Source: Paraspadella gotoi | Lineage: Eukaryota > Animalia > Chaetognatha | Length of the DNA: 64,000 nt | Direction: 5' to 3' | Assembly (NCBI GenBank): GCA_051294375.1 | Contig: CM119269.1 | Coordinates: 4,856,686-4,920,685, forward strand | Shown here: one piece after another, positions 1 to 11,800 of the stretch | Numbering within the stretch: position 1 is the first letter of the stretch | How the letters are laid out: each line of letters opens with the position of its first letter | Notes under the pieces: model-generated | Told to the model about the DNA's origin: nothing | The model's input: only the letters and a program-made list of their open reading frames with translations | Database searches by the model: none | Made by a program: the position numbers and the translations under genes

Positions 1-135
1 TTATGGATTATGGTTGGGGATTAGGGTTTGGGGATTAGGGTTGGGGATTAGGGTTTGGGAATGGGGTTGGGGAATGTGTTAGTGGGATTATGATTAGGAA
101 TCTATGTTTACTAATTGTTTAGGGTTAAGGGTTAG
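1..135 (+). repeat. Degenerate telomere-like G-rich repeat (GGGGATTAGGGTT units)
   Basis: Repeated TTAGGG-containing 13-14 bp units at 12-72 that decay downstream. Confidence 0.6.
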
Positions 136-154
136 CCTAATTTTAACTCATAAT

Positions 155-460
155 TATTACTAAATATAGCCAACTTTTAATAACACATACAATTTATAAA
201 CTTATCAAAATATTTTTTTAAGCCTTTATTTTTATATTTTAAAAGGTAATGAAATTTTTTTTAATTTTAATAATTTTATTTATCGTAACTTATAATGTTT
301 GNNNNNNNNNNTATTACTAAATATAGCTAAATTTTAATAAAACATAAAATTTATAAACTTACCAAAATATTTTTCTGAGTCTTTATTTTTATATTTTAAA
401 AGCTAATGAAAATTTTATTAAAATTTTAATAATATGATTTATCGTAACTTATAATGTTTG
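155..460. repeat. Two ~147-149 bp AT-rich tandem units separated by a 10-N gap
   Basis: 155-301 and 312-460 both run TATTACTAAATATAGC...TATCGTAACTTATAATGTTTG, with scattered substitutions. Confidence 0.85.
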
Positions 461-785
461 CGCTATTTTATTAACATTTTATATACATTAACAATCGTCA
501 CTTCCGACAAGTAAGATGAAATTCTCAAGTAATTCACCAGTAAAATAATTATGAATGGAATTTGATATCTTATATTTTGTTATCTTTGAACTCTAAGGTT
601 TAGGGCTAAGGATTTGGTTAGTGTTAGGGTTGAGAGGATTAACCAAAAACCCTTTCCCCTTTCACTCCGCCTTTTTTTTTACTTCTTTTTTTTTCCGGCG
701 CGAAAAGAAAAAAGATAAAAAAAAAAAGAAAAAACTGAAAATTTCATCATAAATATTAGAGAGTGAAAAAAAAAAAATTGTGAAC

Positions 786-1526
786 CTTTTCTACTTCCGC
801 TTCGTTGTTTACGATCCAACGAGGAGAGATGATCTTTTGTCGTCGATTGAAAAGACGATGTCGTTTCCGTCGTCGCCGTCGTCGTCGTCGCCGTCGTTGT
901 TTTCGGTTCCCGTTCGTCGTCGCCGTCGTCTTCGCCGTTGGCCTTTTTCTCCTCTTCGCCTTCGCCCTCGTTTTCGTCGTCGGCTTCGTCGTCTCCCCTC
1001 TCGCTCTTATTTTCCCCGTTGACGACGCAGAGCGGGTGACAGGCTTGAACGGGGCGCGCGCTCAAGGCGCCGGAGCCCAACGTCGCCGCGGCGCCGCAGC
1101 CAACGCCGCGGGAGAAGGCGCCGGGCTGCATCGGGAGTCCGGTGCCCGGATCGAGGACGACGCCGCCTCCGCGTTGGAGATGCAGCAAAGTCGCTGCGGC
1201 GGCGGCCGACTTGGACGTCGCCGGGGTGACGGTGGCGTAGTTGGCGGCGTTGCCGTAATTGGACGCCGAAGACGTCGGCGCCACTTGGAAGGCGGAGAAG
1301 TCGAGGGCGCCGCCGGTGGCTGCGACGATAGCCGCGGCGGCGTCGTCGTCTCGAGGCGAAACGACGCCGGAGACGTCGAGGGGATCGAGACAGACGCCGA
1401 TGCCGGATTCCAGCTGCTGCTGCTGCTGAAGCTGCAGCATCTCGGCCATGGCGGCCTTAGGGATTGTGGCGCCCATGGAGGAGTAGCTTTGCTGCAAACC
1501 CGCGATGCTGTTGCCAGAGAGAGGCA
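786..1526 (-). CDS. Large coding exon of an uncharacterised minus-strand gene; low-complexity Ala/Gly/Ser/Gln-rich segment followed by an acidic (D/E) and Thr-rich tract
   Basis: GC-rich island in AT-rich DNA. Good acceptor (CCTTCTTCTTTTCAG, AG at 1528-1527) and open frame (V)PLSGNSIAGLQQSY...QQQQQLESG...DDEADDENEGEGEEE...RSGSRK. Phase 1 matches the upstream exon 2143-1986. The 3' boundary is uncertain (weak AAG|GTTCAC at 785; alternatives nearby). No domain recognised. Confidence 0.75.
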
Positions 1527-1985
1527 CTGAAAAGAAGAAGGTGAGTTCGTTAGGGAGTTCAACAAGCTGCTGGCGAAGAGTTGAAAAATATTGTTGTCTT
1601 TTCTGAAAAATTTGTTTTTTTTCCTGAATTTCATAAATATTACAGATTAGTTAGAACGTTAGAACTTTGAATCGGAATTGTTTTACTTCGCCGACGGAAA
1701 AGATTTATACTAAATGTCAAACTCTGGAATTTTATACAAAAAAGTCGAAGGAAATCATGGATTCGGAAGACGAAAGAACTATTTCTATAAATAAACATTT
1801 GTGATGAAAAAACAAAAACTGAAAAAAAGAAAAAAATTAATGATTTTAATACCAATAAGTATATCAATAGTGCTTTATTTGTTGGATATAAACTTTTGAA
1901 GGATCCCGAGTACCATCAACTTATCTTATCCTAAACTTGTTAAATAAATAATTAATTTATAAATTCCAATTAAACATCTACTCAC

Positions 1986-2143
1986 CTCCGTACTGCCCTC
2001 CACCGGCTGACGACCTCGAGACGGTGTTGCCGCAACTTCCGTTCAAGAGTCCCGTGGAGACGCCGGCCGGCGACGTCCACGTGACCAACACGTGGTTGCC
2101 AGACGCCGTCTTTTGAAGACCCGGCGTCACCGAGGAGGTTTTT
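1986..2143 (-). CDS. Internal coding exon (158 bp) of the same minus-strand gene: KTSSVTPGLQKTASGNHVLVTWTSPAGVSTGLLNGSCGNTVSRSSAGGGQYG
   Basis: Acceptor CCCGCAG| at 2146-2144 and strong donor GAG|GTGAGT at 1985. It ends in phase 1; G + TG gives Val and joins in frame to exon 1526-786. Confidence 0.8.
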
Positions 2144-2736
2144 CTGCGGGACGGTGACAAAAAATACAGTGTAGCTGATTGTGTGACATATTTGTATTTC
2201 GTTGTTAAAATTCTTTTATTTTTTCCTAAATTCTTGTACATAATTGTGCGAAAATCTTCTCCGAAATACTTTTTCATCCAGTTAATTCTTTTACTAAAGT
2301 TTTTTGTAATTTTTTTTTGGTTTTTTTTTTATTTATTTATCATTTGTTTAAAACCATAGTACCAAAGTATGGTAACCCGTAGTAGAAAACAGGAAACAAA
2401 AGACAAACGGAATATAATCAGACTCTGACGCCAAACAGACCTGAATAAAAGTTTTCACTATTTTTAAAAAGAAAAAAGTGAATTTATTTTCTTTTCCAAT
2501 CTGATTCCAACTCGTTCCATTTTCAAACGCCGCGTTTCAAAACATTTCCGATTCCATGATCGAAATGAAGGGAGGAAAAGAAGGGGGAGGAAGAGAGAGA
2601 GAGGGAGGGTTAGGGTTAGAAAGAGGGAGACAGAGAGAGAAAGAGGGAGAAAATAGGCATATAAAAGAGGTAAGAAAGTAAGAATATAGACATAGGAAGA
2701 AAGTTGGTTAAAGAGAATGAAAGAAAGAAATAACAA

Positions 2737-2738
<2 letters not shown>

Positions 2739-2828
<90 letters not shown>

Positions 2829-2830
2829 AA
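2739..2830 (+). repeat. (GAAA)n microsatellite
   Basis: About 20 perfect GAAA units. Confidence 0.95.
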
Positions 2831-3005
2831 GAAAAAGTCCGACTGCTTTCCATAACCATGAAAAATCTTTTCTCATCTAAATTCCACAATAAAAATTCTG
2901 TCTTTTGACTGTTTTTGATGTGACAGAGGTGAAAGAACTAGTCAGGATTCGAAAATTCGATGGAAAGGAAACCGTTTTTGTTAAGGGTGAGACGGTGAGG
3001 GAGAA

Positions 3006-3040
<35 letters not shown>

Positions 3041-3439
3041 CTGAACACTTGGAAATTAAAGATTTCGGCACAGGTAAAATGCCAACTAATTCATGCCAAA
3101 CAATCAAAAGCTTTTATTCTCAAGTCTTAACAAAAATTACGTTGACTCTGTGATTCAAATAAACTTATTAATACTTTCTTCGTTTCCAATATTTAATGTA
3201 AGAGAGAAATTAAGGGGACCTATGAAGGATGAATGACGTCGCCAGATTAGATACTCGTCCAATTTTCTTCGGCCGACCGAATCTTCGCCATACATTAAGA
3301 CAAATGGGTTAGAAAGGTCAGTTATTTTCGCCTCTCTACTTTTATAACTTATCTTTTTTTTCGCTTTTTCTTCCCTTTCGCTCATCTTTGTCCTTACACT
3401 TCAAAAGTAGAACACTCTTTCCCTTTTACTTTCCCTTCA

Positions 3440-3850
3440 ATTTTTTCCTCTCCTTTTATTCTTTGTTCCCATCGTTTTCTCTCCTTTTATTCTTTGTTCC
3501 CTCATCTTTCCCCATTTTATATTTTGTTCCCTTCATTTTCCCCCTTTCATTCTTTGTTCCCTTATTTTTTCAATTTTTTATTCTTTGTTCCCTTCTTTTC
3601 TCAGTTTTATTTTTTGTTCCCTTCGTTTTTCCTTTTTCATTCTTTGTTCCCTTCTTTTTATCTCCTTTTATTCTTTGTTCCCTTCTTTTTTCCCTTTTTT
3701 ATTCTTTGTTCCCTTCTTTTTTCCCCTTTTTTATTCTTTGTTCCCTTCTTTTTCCCCTCTTTAATTCTTTGTTCCCTTCTTTTTCCCCTCTTTAATTCTT
3801 TGTTCCCTTCTTTTTCCCCTCTTTCATATTTTGTTCCCTTCTTTTCCCCC
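3440..3850 (+). repeat. ~29-30 bp pyrimidine-rich minisatellite (TTATTCTTTGTTCCCTTCTTTTTCCCCTCT), ~14 copies
   Basis: Anchor TTTGTTCCC recurs every ~29-30 bp. Confidence 0.9.
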
Positions 3851-4669
3851 CCGTCTTCCCCTTCTCCCTTCATCTCCCCTCGGCGTCTCTTCGCCTCCGG
3901 ATATTTGACTCATGCATTTTCCCATCAAAAAAAATCCGTCGCTGGTCATACCTCCTAAAGGATCGCACATTACCTCTACTTTCACATCATCACTATGAGC
4001 AAAAAAAACAATTCAATATACTCACGAACTGTAATAAAATAAAAATAAATGACAAAATTTAAAATGAAAATACGTAAAAGAAATTTCTTTAAAAGAATAA
4101 AAAGAGAGAGAGAGAGACAGACTTCGGACGCCAGAAGGCAGAGGAATCCGATCGCGAAGCGGTATTGAGCACGAGCGCTAATCTGAGAGAGATGAGATTG
4201 AGCACAGAAGATCGAGAGCGACGAGAAGAGAGAGGGGATTGCGCGCATGATGTGGTGGAAAAATGTAGAAAAGTTTCGAGACAGACTTTTCAGTTTGTAT
4301 AAAAAAAAACCTTTGCAAATCGAATTTTATTTTCTTGAATTTCTTCTTTTTTTTTTTAAATCATCATAGGTTTTCGATCAGTTGAGAAAAGCAGAAGTCA
4401 CGAGTTTATCACAAAGAGGAAACTTTTAACTTTCCAACAGATTTCCTTCACAAATAGCGAGGGAATTTAGAAAGTTAAGGGGAATAAAATAAAATTTCTT
4501 ACAGCCTCGCAACCCAGCCTGAAAAATGAGTTAGTTTGGGGCGATATAATTCTTAATCTTGGCCGCTCGCTCTTGCAGTTCCGATGACGACATGGAGAGT
4601 AAGTGCAACAGCGTTCATCTTAGGAATCCGCAATAGTCTCGCGACAAAGTTGCGAGTACTCTGTCGTTT

Positions 4670-4709
<40 letters not shown>

Positions 4710-5308
4710 ATTCGGCGACTTAAAGAAATTCGACCCGAATATCGATTTTCTTTTTTCTTTCTTTTTTATTTCTTAAGTCGCTGGGCGTGGGAGGTGGTTG
4801 ATCTGGAGGAGGAGTTGGGCGGGCGGACCTGGCAAAAAAAATTATAAGATGGGGGTGAGTTCGTCGAGGTGATTGTTTTTTTGTGGGGTGGGGGAATCCG
4901 ATCGGATGTCGGCGGTTAAGACGGGGCCGCGTTTAAAATATCCCTCGTATTTTATTTTATCGGAATTAAAATTTTTTAAATATTTTTTTTTTGCCTCTGG
5001 CGAATTGAACGATCGGTGAATGGATTTGTATATTTTGAATGGTTTTAAAATTTCAAATTTCTTGACGACGACGACGACGACGACGACATTCAACAACCGT
5101 TAACGATGACAGAAAACAAGACTTCCGATACGAATAGTTTGGGGGCCACAACATAAATAAACAAGGCGCAAATACAAGAGAAGTCTCAAAACAGTCGAAA
5201 CAAACGACACAAAAGATCAACAGGAAAAGAAAGAAACAGTTGCTTGGAGACGACCATGAAAAAAAATAAACAAAGACAAACATTTTCGGTGAATAAAAAA
5301 AAGAAATT

Positions 5309-5652
5309 AAACAAGATCGGTTCGTCCAATGTATTTCGCCGCGGTGACTTTATTTTCACGTGTATTTCTCGTTACATGACCTGACATGACGCGACATGAC
5401 ATGACTACATGACTACAAAAACATTCCTAGCGTCGGAATTCCGTCTTTTATTCTTTCTAGTTTTAGGATTTCCTAAAGGCGGCGCTAGCAGTCCCTGAGA
5501 TTTGAGGTTTTTTCTGTCTTAACAAATGAGCAACTAACATAGGCGAATTATGTGCATTTTTAATGTAAGTAGGACAGACCGACCAACCGACAGACCGACC
5601 GAAAAGTGACTTATAGAGTTGCTCCTCGAGTACTCGCGACGCAACTAAAAAA
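5309..5652 (-). mobile_element. Non-autonomous HINE/DINE-1-like (Helentron-associated) element, copy 1
   Basis: On the minus strand it starts TTTTTTAG, then a stem-loop (AGTTGC...GCAACT), then a GGTC/TGTC tetranucleotide microsatellite, and ends CTTGTTT. Collinear homolog at 19424-19784. Confidence 0.7.
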
Positions 5653-5779
5653 TGAACAAATGGCTGTTGTGTTGACGACGACGAACTTCGACTCACAAGA
5701 TGACAACAACAACAACAAAAAATAAACAAAAAAATATATTTTGTTCAAAATCAATTAAAGGCGAAGAAAATGGACTCAC

Positions 5780-5936
5780 CCCGCGCGGCGGCGGGACGAC
5801 GGGTGAGGAAGAGGAAGAGGAGGAGTGATTGGAGAAGGAGGGAGGGAGGCGAGAGGAAGAGGGGGAGGAAGAGAGGATCGTGGTGGAAAAGTCGGAGATG
5901 ACGGAAGGTGGTAGAGGTGGGAGAGCGGGAGCGGAA
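5780..5936 (-). CDS. Partial Ser/Pro-rich exon (5' part lost in N gap 5937-6142), probably the same gene
   Basis: Strong donor GG|GTGAGT at 5779. Two frames are open: ...SSSPVVPPPRG (phase 0) or ...PLPHPSSRRRAG (phase 2, which would splice directly to exon 2143). Frame unresolved. Confidence 0.5.
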
Positions 5937-6441
5937 NNNNNNNNNNNNNNNNNNNNNNNNNNNNNNNNNNNNNNNNNNNNNNNNNNNNNNNNNNNNNNNN
6001 NNNNNNNNNNNNNNNNNNNNNNNNNNNNNNNNNNNNNNNNNNNNNNNNNNNNNNNNNNNNNNNNNNNNNNNNNNNNNNNNNNNNNNNNNNNNNNNNNNNN
6101 NNNNNNNNNNNNNNNNNNNNNNNNNNNNNNNNNNNNNNNNNNAATTATAATTTGAATTGAGTGATCCCGGACCTTAAAGGAGAAATTCGTTTTGGTTTGT
6201 ACAACGGGACTGTTTGAGCTATTGTGATAGCCTTTCATGTGTGATAGAAAAAAAATATTTATGTTTGGGATTATGTGTGCGTTTGGGTAAGCTTCATTAT
6301 ACAATATATATACATACTAAGAGATATATCAAATTCGGATTTTACTCTATTTATCAGTCAGTCTTCGCGAATCAAATTAAAAAATAAAATTTTCTCGATT
6401 TAAAAACTTTTTTCAATCAAAACTTTCCATCTGTTTCTCAC

Positions 6442-6630
6442 CGCGGGCGAAAAGGGCGTGGCGTAGTTCGGCGCCGGTCCCGAGACGGCGTTGGCGGCGC
6501 CGTTGACGCCCCCACTGCGGTTGGCGGCAACGACGTTGTTGGGCGGAACGTGGGCGACCCCGGATGTGGCGCTGGAAGTGACGCCTGGAGTGACGCTCGA
6601 CGCAGTCACGGTGGACGTTGTGATGCGAAG
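6442..6630 (-). CDS. Candidate coding exon of the same gene: ...TTSTVTASSVTPGVTSSATSGVAHVPPNNVVAANRSGGVNGAANAVSGPAPNYATPFSPA
   Basis: GC-rich, protein-like composition similar to the other exons, with donor GCG|GTGAGA at 6441 (phase 0). The 5' boundary is uncertain because the adjacent minisatellite contains no AG on the minus strand. Confidence 0.55.
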
Positions 6631-6643
6631 AGGAGAAATAAAT

Positions 6644-7142
6644 TGGCAGGGATGGAGAGGGATTGAAGGGTAGGCAGGGATGGAGAGGGATTGAAGGGTC
6701 GGCAGGGATGGAGAAGGGATTGAAGGTCGGCAGGGATGATGAGGGATTGAAGAGTCGGCAGGATGGAGAGGGATTGAAGGGTCGGCCAGGGATGGAGAGG
6801 GATTGAAGGTGGCAGGGATGGAGAGGGATGAAGGGTCGGCAGGGATGAGAGAGGGATTGAAGGGTCGGCAGGGAATGAGAGGGATTGAAGAGTCGGCAGG
6901 GATGGAGAGGGATGAAAGTCGCAGGATGAGAGGGATTGAAGGGTCGGCAGGGATGGAGAGGGATTGAAGGGTCGGCAGGGATGGAGAGGGATTGAGGGTC
7001 GGCAGGGATGGAGAGGGATTGAAGGGTCGGCAGGGATGGAGGGATGAAGGTCGGCAGGATGGAGAGGGATTGAAGGGTCGGCAGGGATGGAGAGGGATGA
7101 AGAGTCGAGGATGAGAGGGATTGAAGGTCGGCAGGGATGAGA
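6644..7142 (+). repeat. ~28 bp purine-rich minisatellite (GGCAGGGATGGAGAGGGATTGAAGGGTC), ~18 copies with indels
   Basis: Direct inspection; unit lengths vary by 1-4 bp. Confidence 0.9.
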
Positions 7143-7212
7143 GATTGAGGTCCAATGAGGATAGGGACGAAAATCCGGTGTGATTTACGTCCGACGCGAT
7201 GACGTGTAAAGC

Positions 7213-7274
<62 letters not shown>

Positions 7275-9333
7275 AAGGGAAGGATATGGGATAGAGGGAA
7301 AGGGAAGAAGAATTTATTAATTTTTTTCTTATTTTAAAATAAATTCTCATTCTTTAGTTGGCAGCTCAAAATTTGAGACATTTCCAAAAAAGGGATTATA
7401 AATCTTCAAAAAACTTTTTTAATTGAAATCGCTAATATTTCTTTTGAAAAAAATATTTGGTCTGACTTTGCGTAAAATCTGTCATTTCGTTGCGAAAATA
7501 TTTAAGGCGCAGGGATCACTCAACCTAAAATTTAGAAAATCTTAATTTACTGTATCTTAATCATTTTCTCATATCCTGTAAGAGGTTTTCTATTGAAAAT
7601 AATCGAAAACTTTTAAAAATCTACATAAAATGTTCATAAAAAATTTAAACAAAATTTTTTCTTCGGTAAAACTAAATTTCAAGAGGAAAAATAATTTTTA
7701 TATGTAACTAAAATTTCTACAACTAAATTTTTAACTTAAAACTGATTCTTTAACATAAGCTCAATTCTACTTCTTATATTTAATTCTTCCTTTGGTAAAG
7801 TAACATACTTGGAGTTGTATCACTAATAAGTCTAAAACAAACTACTCTACGACATTTCAAGACGGTTTTTTAATACTTTTATTGAGTTTTTTCAGTTAAA
7901 AAACTTATCAAATTTATTTCAAATTTGACTTTTTACTTTATGTAAACGTTTATAGACGAATTTAAACTTTTTTTGACGAAGTGAAGTTAAAAACGAAGAG
8001 TTGCAGCTCAACCGTCTGACTCTTCTTGAAGAAAAAAATATCTTGGGCAAGAAAGAAAGGTGGGGAGATTCTATGAGCGCGTTTTTGAAAAAATGTCTTT
8101 CGTTTCAAAGATATCAAGGAATTAATCCCAAAATTGATTAAATAATCAAATTTATATGAAGGAAGGCAAATTTTGAAAATATCTTTTTCAATAGAATGGA
8201 GTTCGTGGACCTAAAAGTAATTCATGGCAAATTTCATGAAAGAAACCGCCTTACTTATTAGGCTGCAAACTCTTCAAAATGGTTTCTTTTATTTTATATA
8301 GTAAAAAAAAATCGAAAAAAACGATGACGCCTTTGAAAAAAATAGTAAGTGAAATAATTTTCGGAATCGTCAGGAGCTCTCCTTTCGTTTAAAGCTATTG
8401 TTGTTGTTGTTGTAGTTGTTGTTGTTGTGAGACAAAGATAGTGACCACCGACCGAAGCTGCCATCGTATTTCATTGTCGTCACTTCCGTCGTCTCGTTTT
8501 GTCGTGTGTGATAAACACGTGTGGTTAATTCGGATTTAATTGAAATTTTAATACTAATATTAATTAGTTTTTGCTCGCTTGGCCACTGCTGTGGAATATA
8601 GATTTAAAAAAAAAACTAAGTAGATCCATCCTCGATGTTTTATTAATCTCAAAACCCAAGTCGTTTTATCAGAGACTCGGTTTTTTTTTGTTTGTTTTTT
8701 TTTGTTTTTTGTTTTGTTTTTTTTTTGCATTCAGAGCTTAAGAGAATCCTTTCCAGTTATTTTCATTCGTTGTCGTTGTTATCATTTTCTAGTGGTCGTC
8801 GAAGGTGGCAGAGCGAATTGGCGAAGCCTCTAAATCTCTCTCTCGAAAATCTCCATTAGAGATTCGGTGCCAGAATCTGAAACCGAAGAAGAAGAAAAAA
8901 AAAAGAAGGAGAGGAAGGAAATAGAAGGAACAGAAGAAGGAGATCTCCAATCCGATTTTTTTAGCGCTAATCCGCCGACTCCATCTCCCTCTCGTTTTCG
9001 CTCTCTCTCTCTCTCTTTCTCTCTCTGTTTTCNNNNNNNNNNNNNNNNNNNNNNCACCTTCTCCCCTTTTCTTTACGGTCCTTCTCTTTCCTCTTTCCTC
9101 TCTCCTCGCCTTCTTTTTAAATACCGTTTCTCCTTAATCCTTCTTCTCTTTTCTCCTCTGTCTCATTCGTTCTCCCAAATCCGTTCTTTTACTTTTTTTT
9201 TGCCCTTTTCTCCTCTTCCTCCTCCTCTTCCTCCTTCTCCTCCTCTTCATCTTCATCCTCATCATCTCATCTCTTCTTTATCTCAAAATGGTTTCTCTCC
9301 TAAGACGTCCAACCGGGAGAAAACGAAACAGAA

Positions 9334-9366
<33 letters not shown>

Positions 9367-9544
9367 AAAGACGCAGCCAATGACGACGACGACAATAAAA
9401 TAAAAAAGAGAAACAAACAAAAGACGATGACCGCATGAAGACAATTTGCAACAATGACGTGAAACTCGCTGCTATACGACGAATGCCTTTCAAGGTTGAG
9501 GACGATTTAAACAACCACAACGACGACAACTCTGGGCCGATAAA

Positions 9545-9603
<59 letters not shown>

Positions 9604-9732
9604 TAAAGATGCTTTGAATTTCATTGGCGACTAATGCGTCTTGAAAAGCAGCTTCTTCTTCCATTCAAGCGAAAAAAATAAGATTCTCCGCCGGGACACT
9701 CCGTTCCACTCGAGACTTGAAGAGAGATACAA

Positions 9733-10033
9733 ACACTTCTTCGACACATTAATCGGCACACTACTTCGCCACATTAATTGGCACACTTCTTCGCCATATT
9801 AATTTGCACACTTCTATGCCAAATTAATTGGTAGACTTCTTCGCCATATTAATTGGCACACTTCTTCGCCACATTAATTGGCACACTTCTTCGCCACATT
9901 AATTGGCACACTTCTTCGCCACATTAATTGGCAAACTTCTTCGCCACATTAATTGGCACACTTCTTCCCCGCATTAACTGGCACACTTCTACGCCACATT
10001 AATTGGCGCACATCTTCGCCACATTAATTGGCG
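9733..10033 (+). repeat. 25-bp minisatellite (GCACACTTCTTCGCCACATTAATTG), ~12 copies
   Basis: Strict 25-bp period with substitutions only. Confidence 0.95.
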
Positions 10034-11399
10034 CTCAAACAATCCCAAATGAAAAAACTTCCATACAACCCAGCGAGCGAAAATTATACTCATCGGGCAA
10101 ACATGCAAACAAGCAGGCAAGCAACCAAATCGAAGCCTTTAAAAAAAAGTCGCCTTATTAATTCGATCGAGCACTCCATCTTTCCTTCACTCCTGCTCTG
10201 CTCTACGTTACGCTGCATTGCGCTGCATTGCGACACGGATTCGCTGCCACGTCTTTGAATCGAACCTTGACACAGCGTGGCACAACGAATCGTTCGCGTC
10301 TCGAGACGCGACGACTAACGACATTTCAACACTCCCCAACGACCCACATAACACCGAAAACCCAAACCACCTCCGACACCACCCTCTGCCAGATTCAACC
10401 CCCACCCCACCCATTTCTCCACCCCCTTCTCCTCCCCTCATTTTTTTTTCTTTGTCATGGACTCCGGAGGTCAATCTCTACCAAAGCGTTTTTTGCTCAT
10501 GGTTTGCGAATGGGGTTCAGAGGAGAGGGTTCAGGGGAGAGTGTTCAAGGGAGAGGTTCAGGGGAGAGGGTTCCGAGGAGATGGAGATGGATAAATGAGG
10601 GATAAGTTTGGGAGGTTTTTGGGGGTGGTGTAAAGGGGAAAGAGAGAAGGGGGCAAGGGGGCAAGGGTTAATGGATAATATGTGAACAATCGCGAGACGA
10701 CGATATCAGAGAATCGCGAGCGCTCGCGAGTCGAGGGATAGAAAAAGGGAGATAGAGAGAGAATGAGAGAAAGACGGAGAGAGGCAGAGAGAGATCTGGA
10801 GAGAGATTGGAGAAAAAGAAAGAGAGAGATAGAGAGCGCTATTCCTGCACTGGTTCTCTTCTTCTTTTTTTTTTTTTTACATCATTTATCAGTCGCTAAG
10901 TAGCTTCTTGGCCGCCGACAGTGGATCCACCCGTTCTCGCTTCTATTTCTTTCTCAATGAGCTTTTTTTTTTATTCTTTTTTTTTCAGGTTTTTTTTTTT
11001 AATGTTTTTTTTTTATATTTAATAAATGGGTTTTTTTCCGTATTATTTACTAGATTACTTATCTCGTGCGATTTAAGTGTGGTTTAAAGCCTCTTTGTTA
11101 TTTAGAATTAATTACTCGAATTGTACTAGACATAGTAATAATATAAATATTTTATTTTTCATTATGACATTTTCACAAAAAGCTCATCTTAAGCCTTATC
11201 ATTCTCATATATTTCTTTTATCATTTGTACAATGTACGTTCAATGCCACGCCTCGACCTCCTACGCCTTACCTCACCACATTATCCACTTTCCACCATCA
11301 GCCTTACCTTGAACGGATTAGGATATTCTTTTCCTTTCCTCCACTTTTCTTTTTCCTCTTCTTTCCTCCCTTTTTTTTTCTCATCGCAAATCGAATCGG

Positions 11400-11632
11400 G
11401 GCGAATCTCTTTCCGGTTTACATCCGATTTTGTTGTTCCCTTGTTTTCCTTGTTGTTTTGGTTGTTTTGCTTTCCGTTGTTTTCACGGGGAGGCGATCGT
11501 GGCGTAGTTGTTCTCGCCGCCGCCGCAGCCGCCGCCGCCGCCGCCGCTCGGTTGGGAATTTTCCCGCGACCTCAATTTCTGCGAGAATCCCGAGCGGAAA
11601 GGAAGTTTTTGGTCGGTTGTCGGGGATCGGCG
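11400..11632 (+). other. Possible 5' UTR or first exon of the plus-strand gene (GCC-repeat, CpG-rich)
   Basis: CpG-rich patch with (GCC)n, ending in GCG|GTGAGA at 11633 upstream of exon 12822. Start position approximate. Confidence 0.3.
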
Positions 11633-11800
11633 GTGAGAAGCGGAAACATAGCGGCGAAAGGTGGTGAGAAGCGGAAACATAGAGGCGAAAGACGGTGAGT
11701 AGCAGAAACATAGCGACATAAGGCGGTGAATAGCGGAAACATTTCCACAAAAGGCGGTGAGAAGCGGAAACATAGCGGCGAAAGGCAGTGAGAAGCGGAC
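11630..11800 (+). repeat. ~31-bp tandem repeat (GCGGTGAGAAGCGGAAACATAGCGGCGAAAG), ~5.5 copies
   Basis: GGTGAGAAGCGGAAACAT recurs at ~31-bp spacing. Confidence 0.85.

Noticed and set aside
780-1634. Overlapping ORFs 805-1530 (+), 780-1022 (+) and 1062-1634 (-)
   Set aside because: Shadow frames of the GC-rich minus-strand exon, lacking phase-consistent splice support.
9733-10033. CRISPR-like regular repeats (also 6644-7142, 11630-11800, 3440-3850)
   Set aside because: Head-to-tail units with no unique spacers, no cas genes, and a eukaryotic context.
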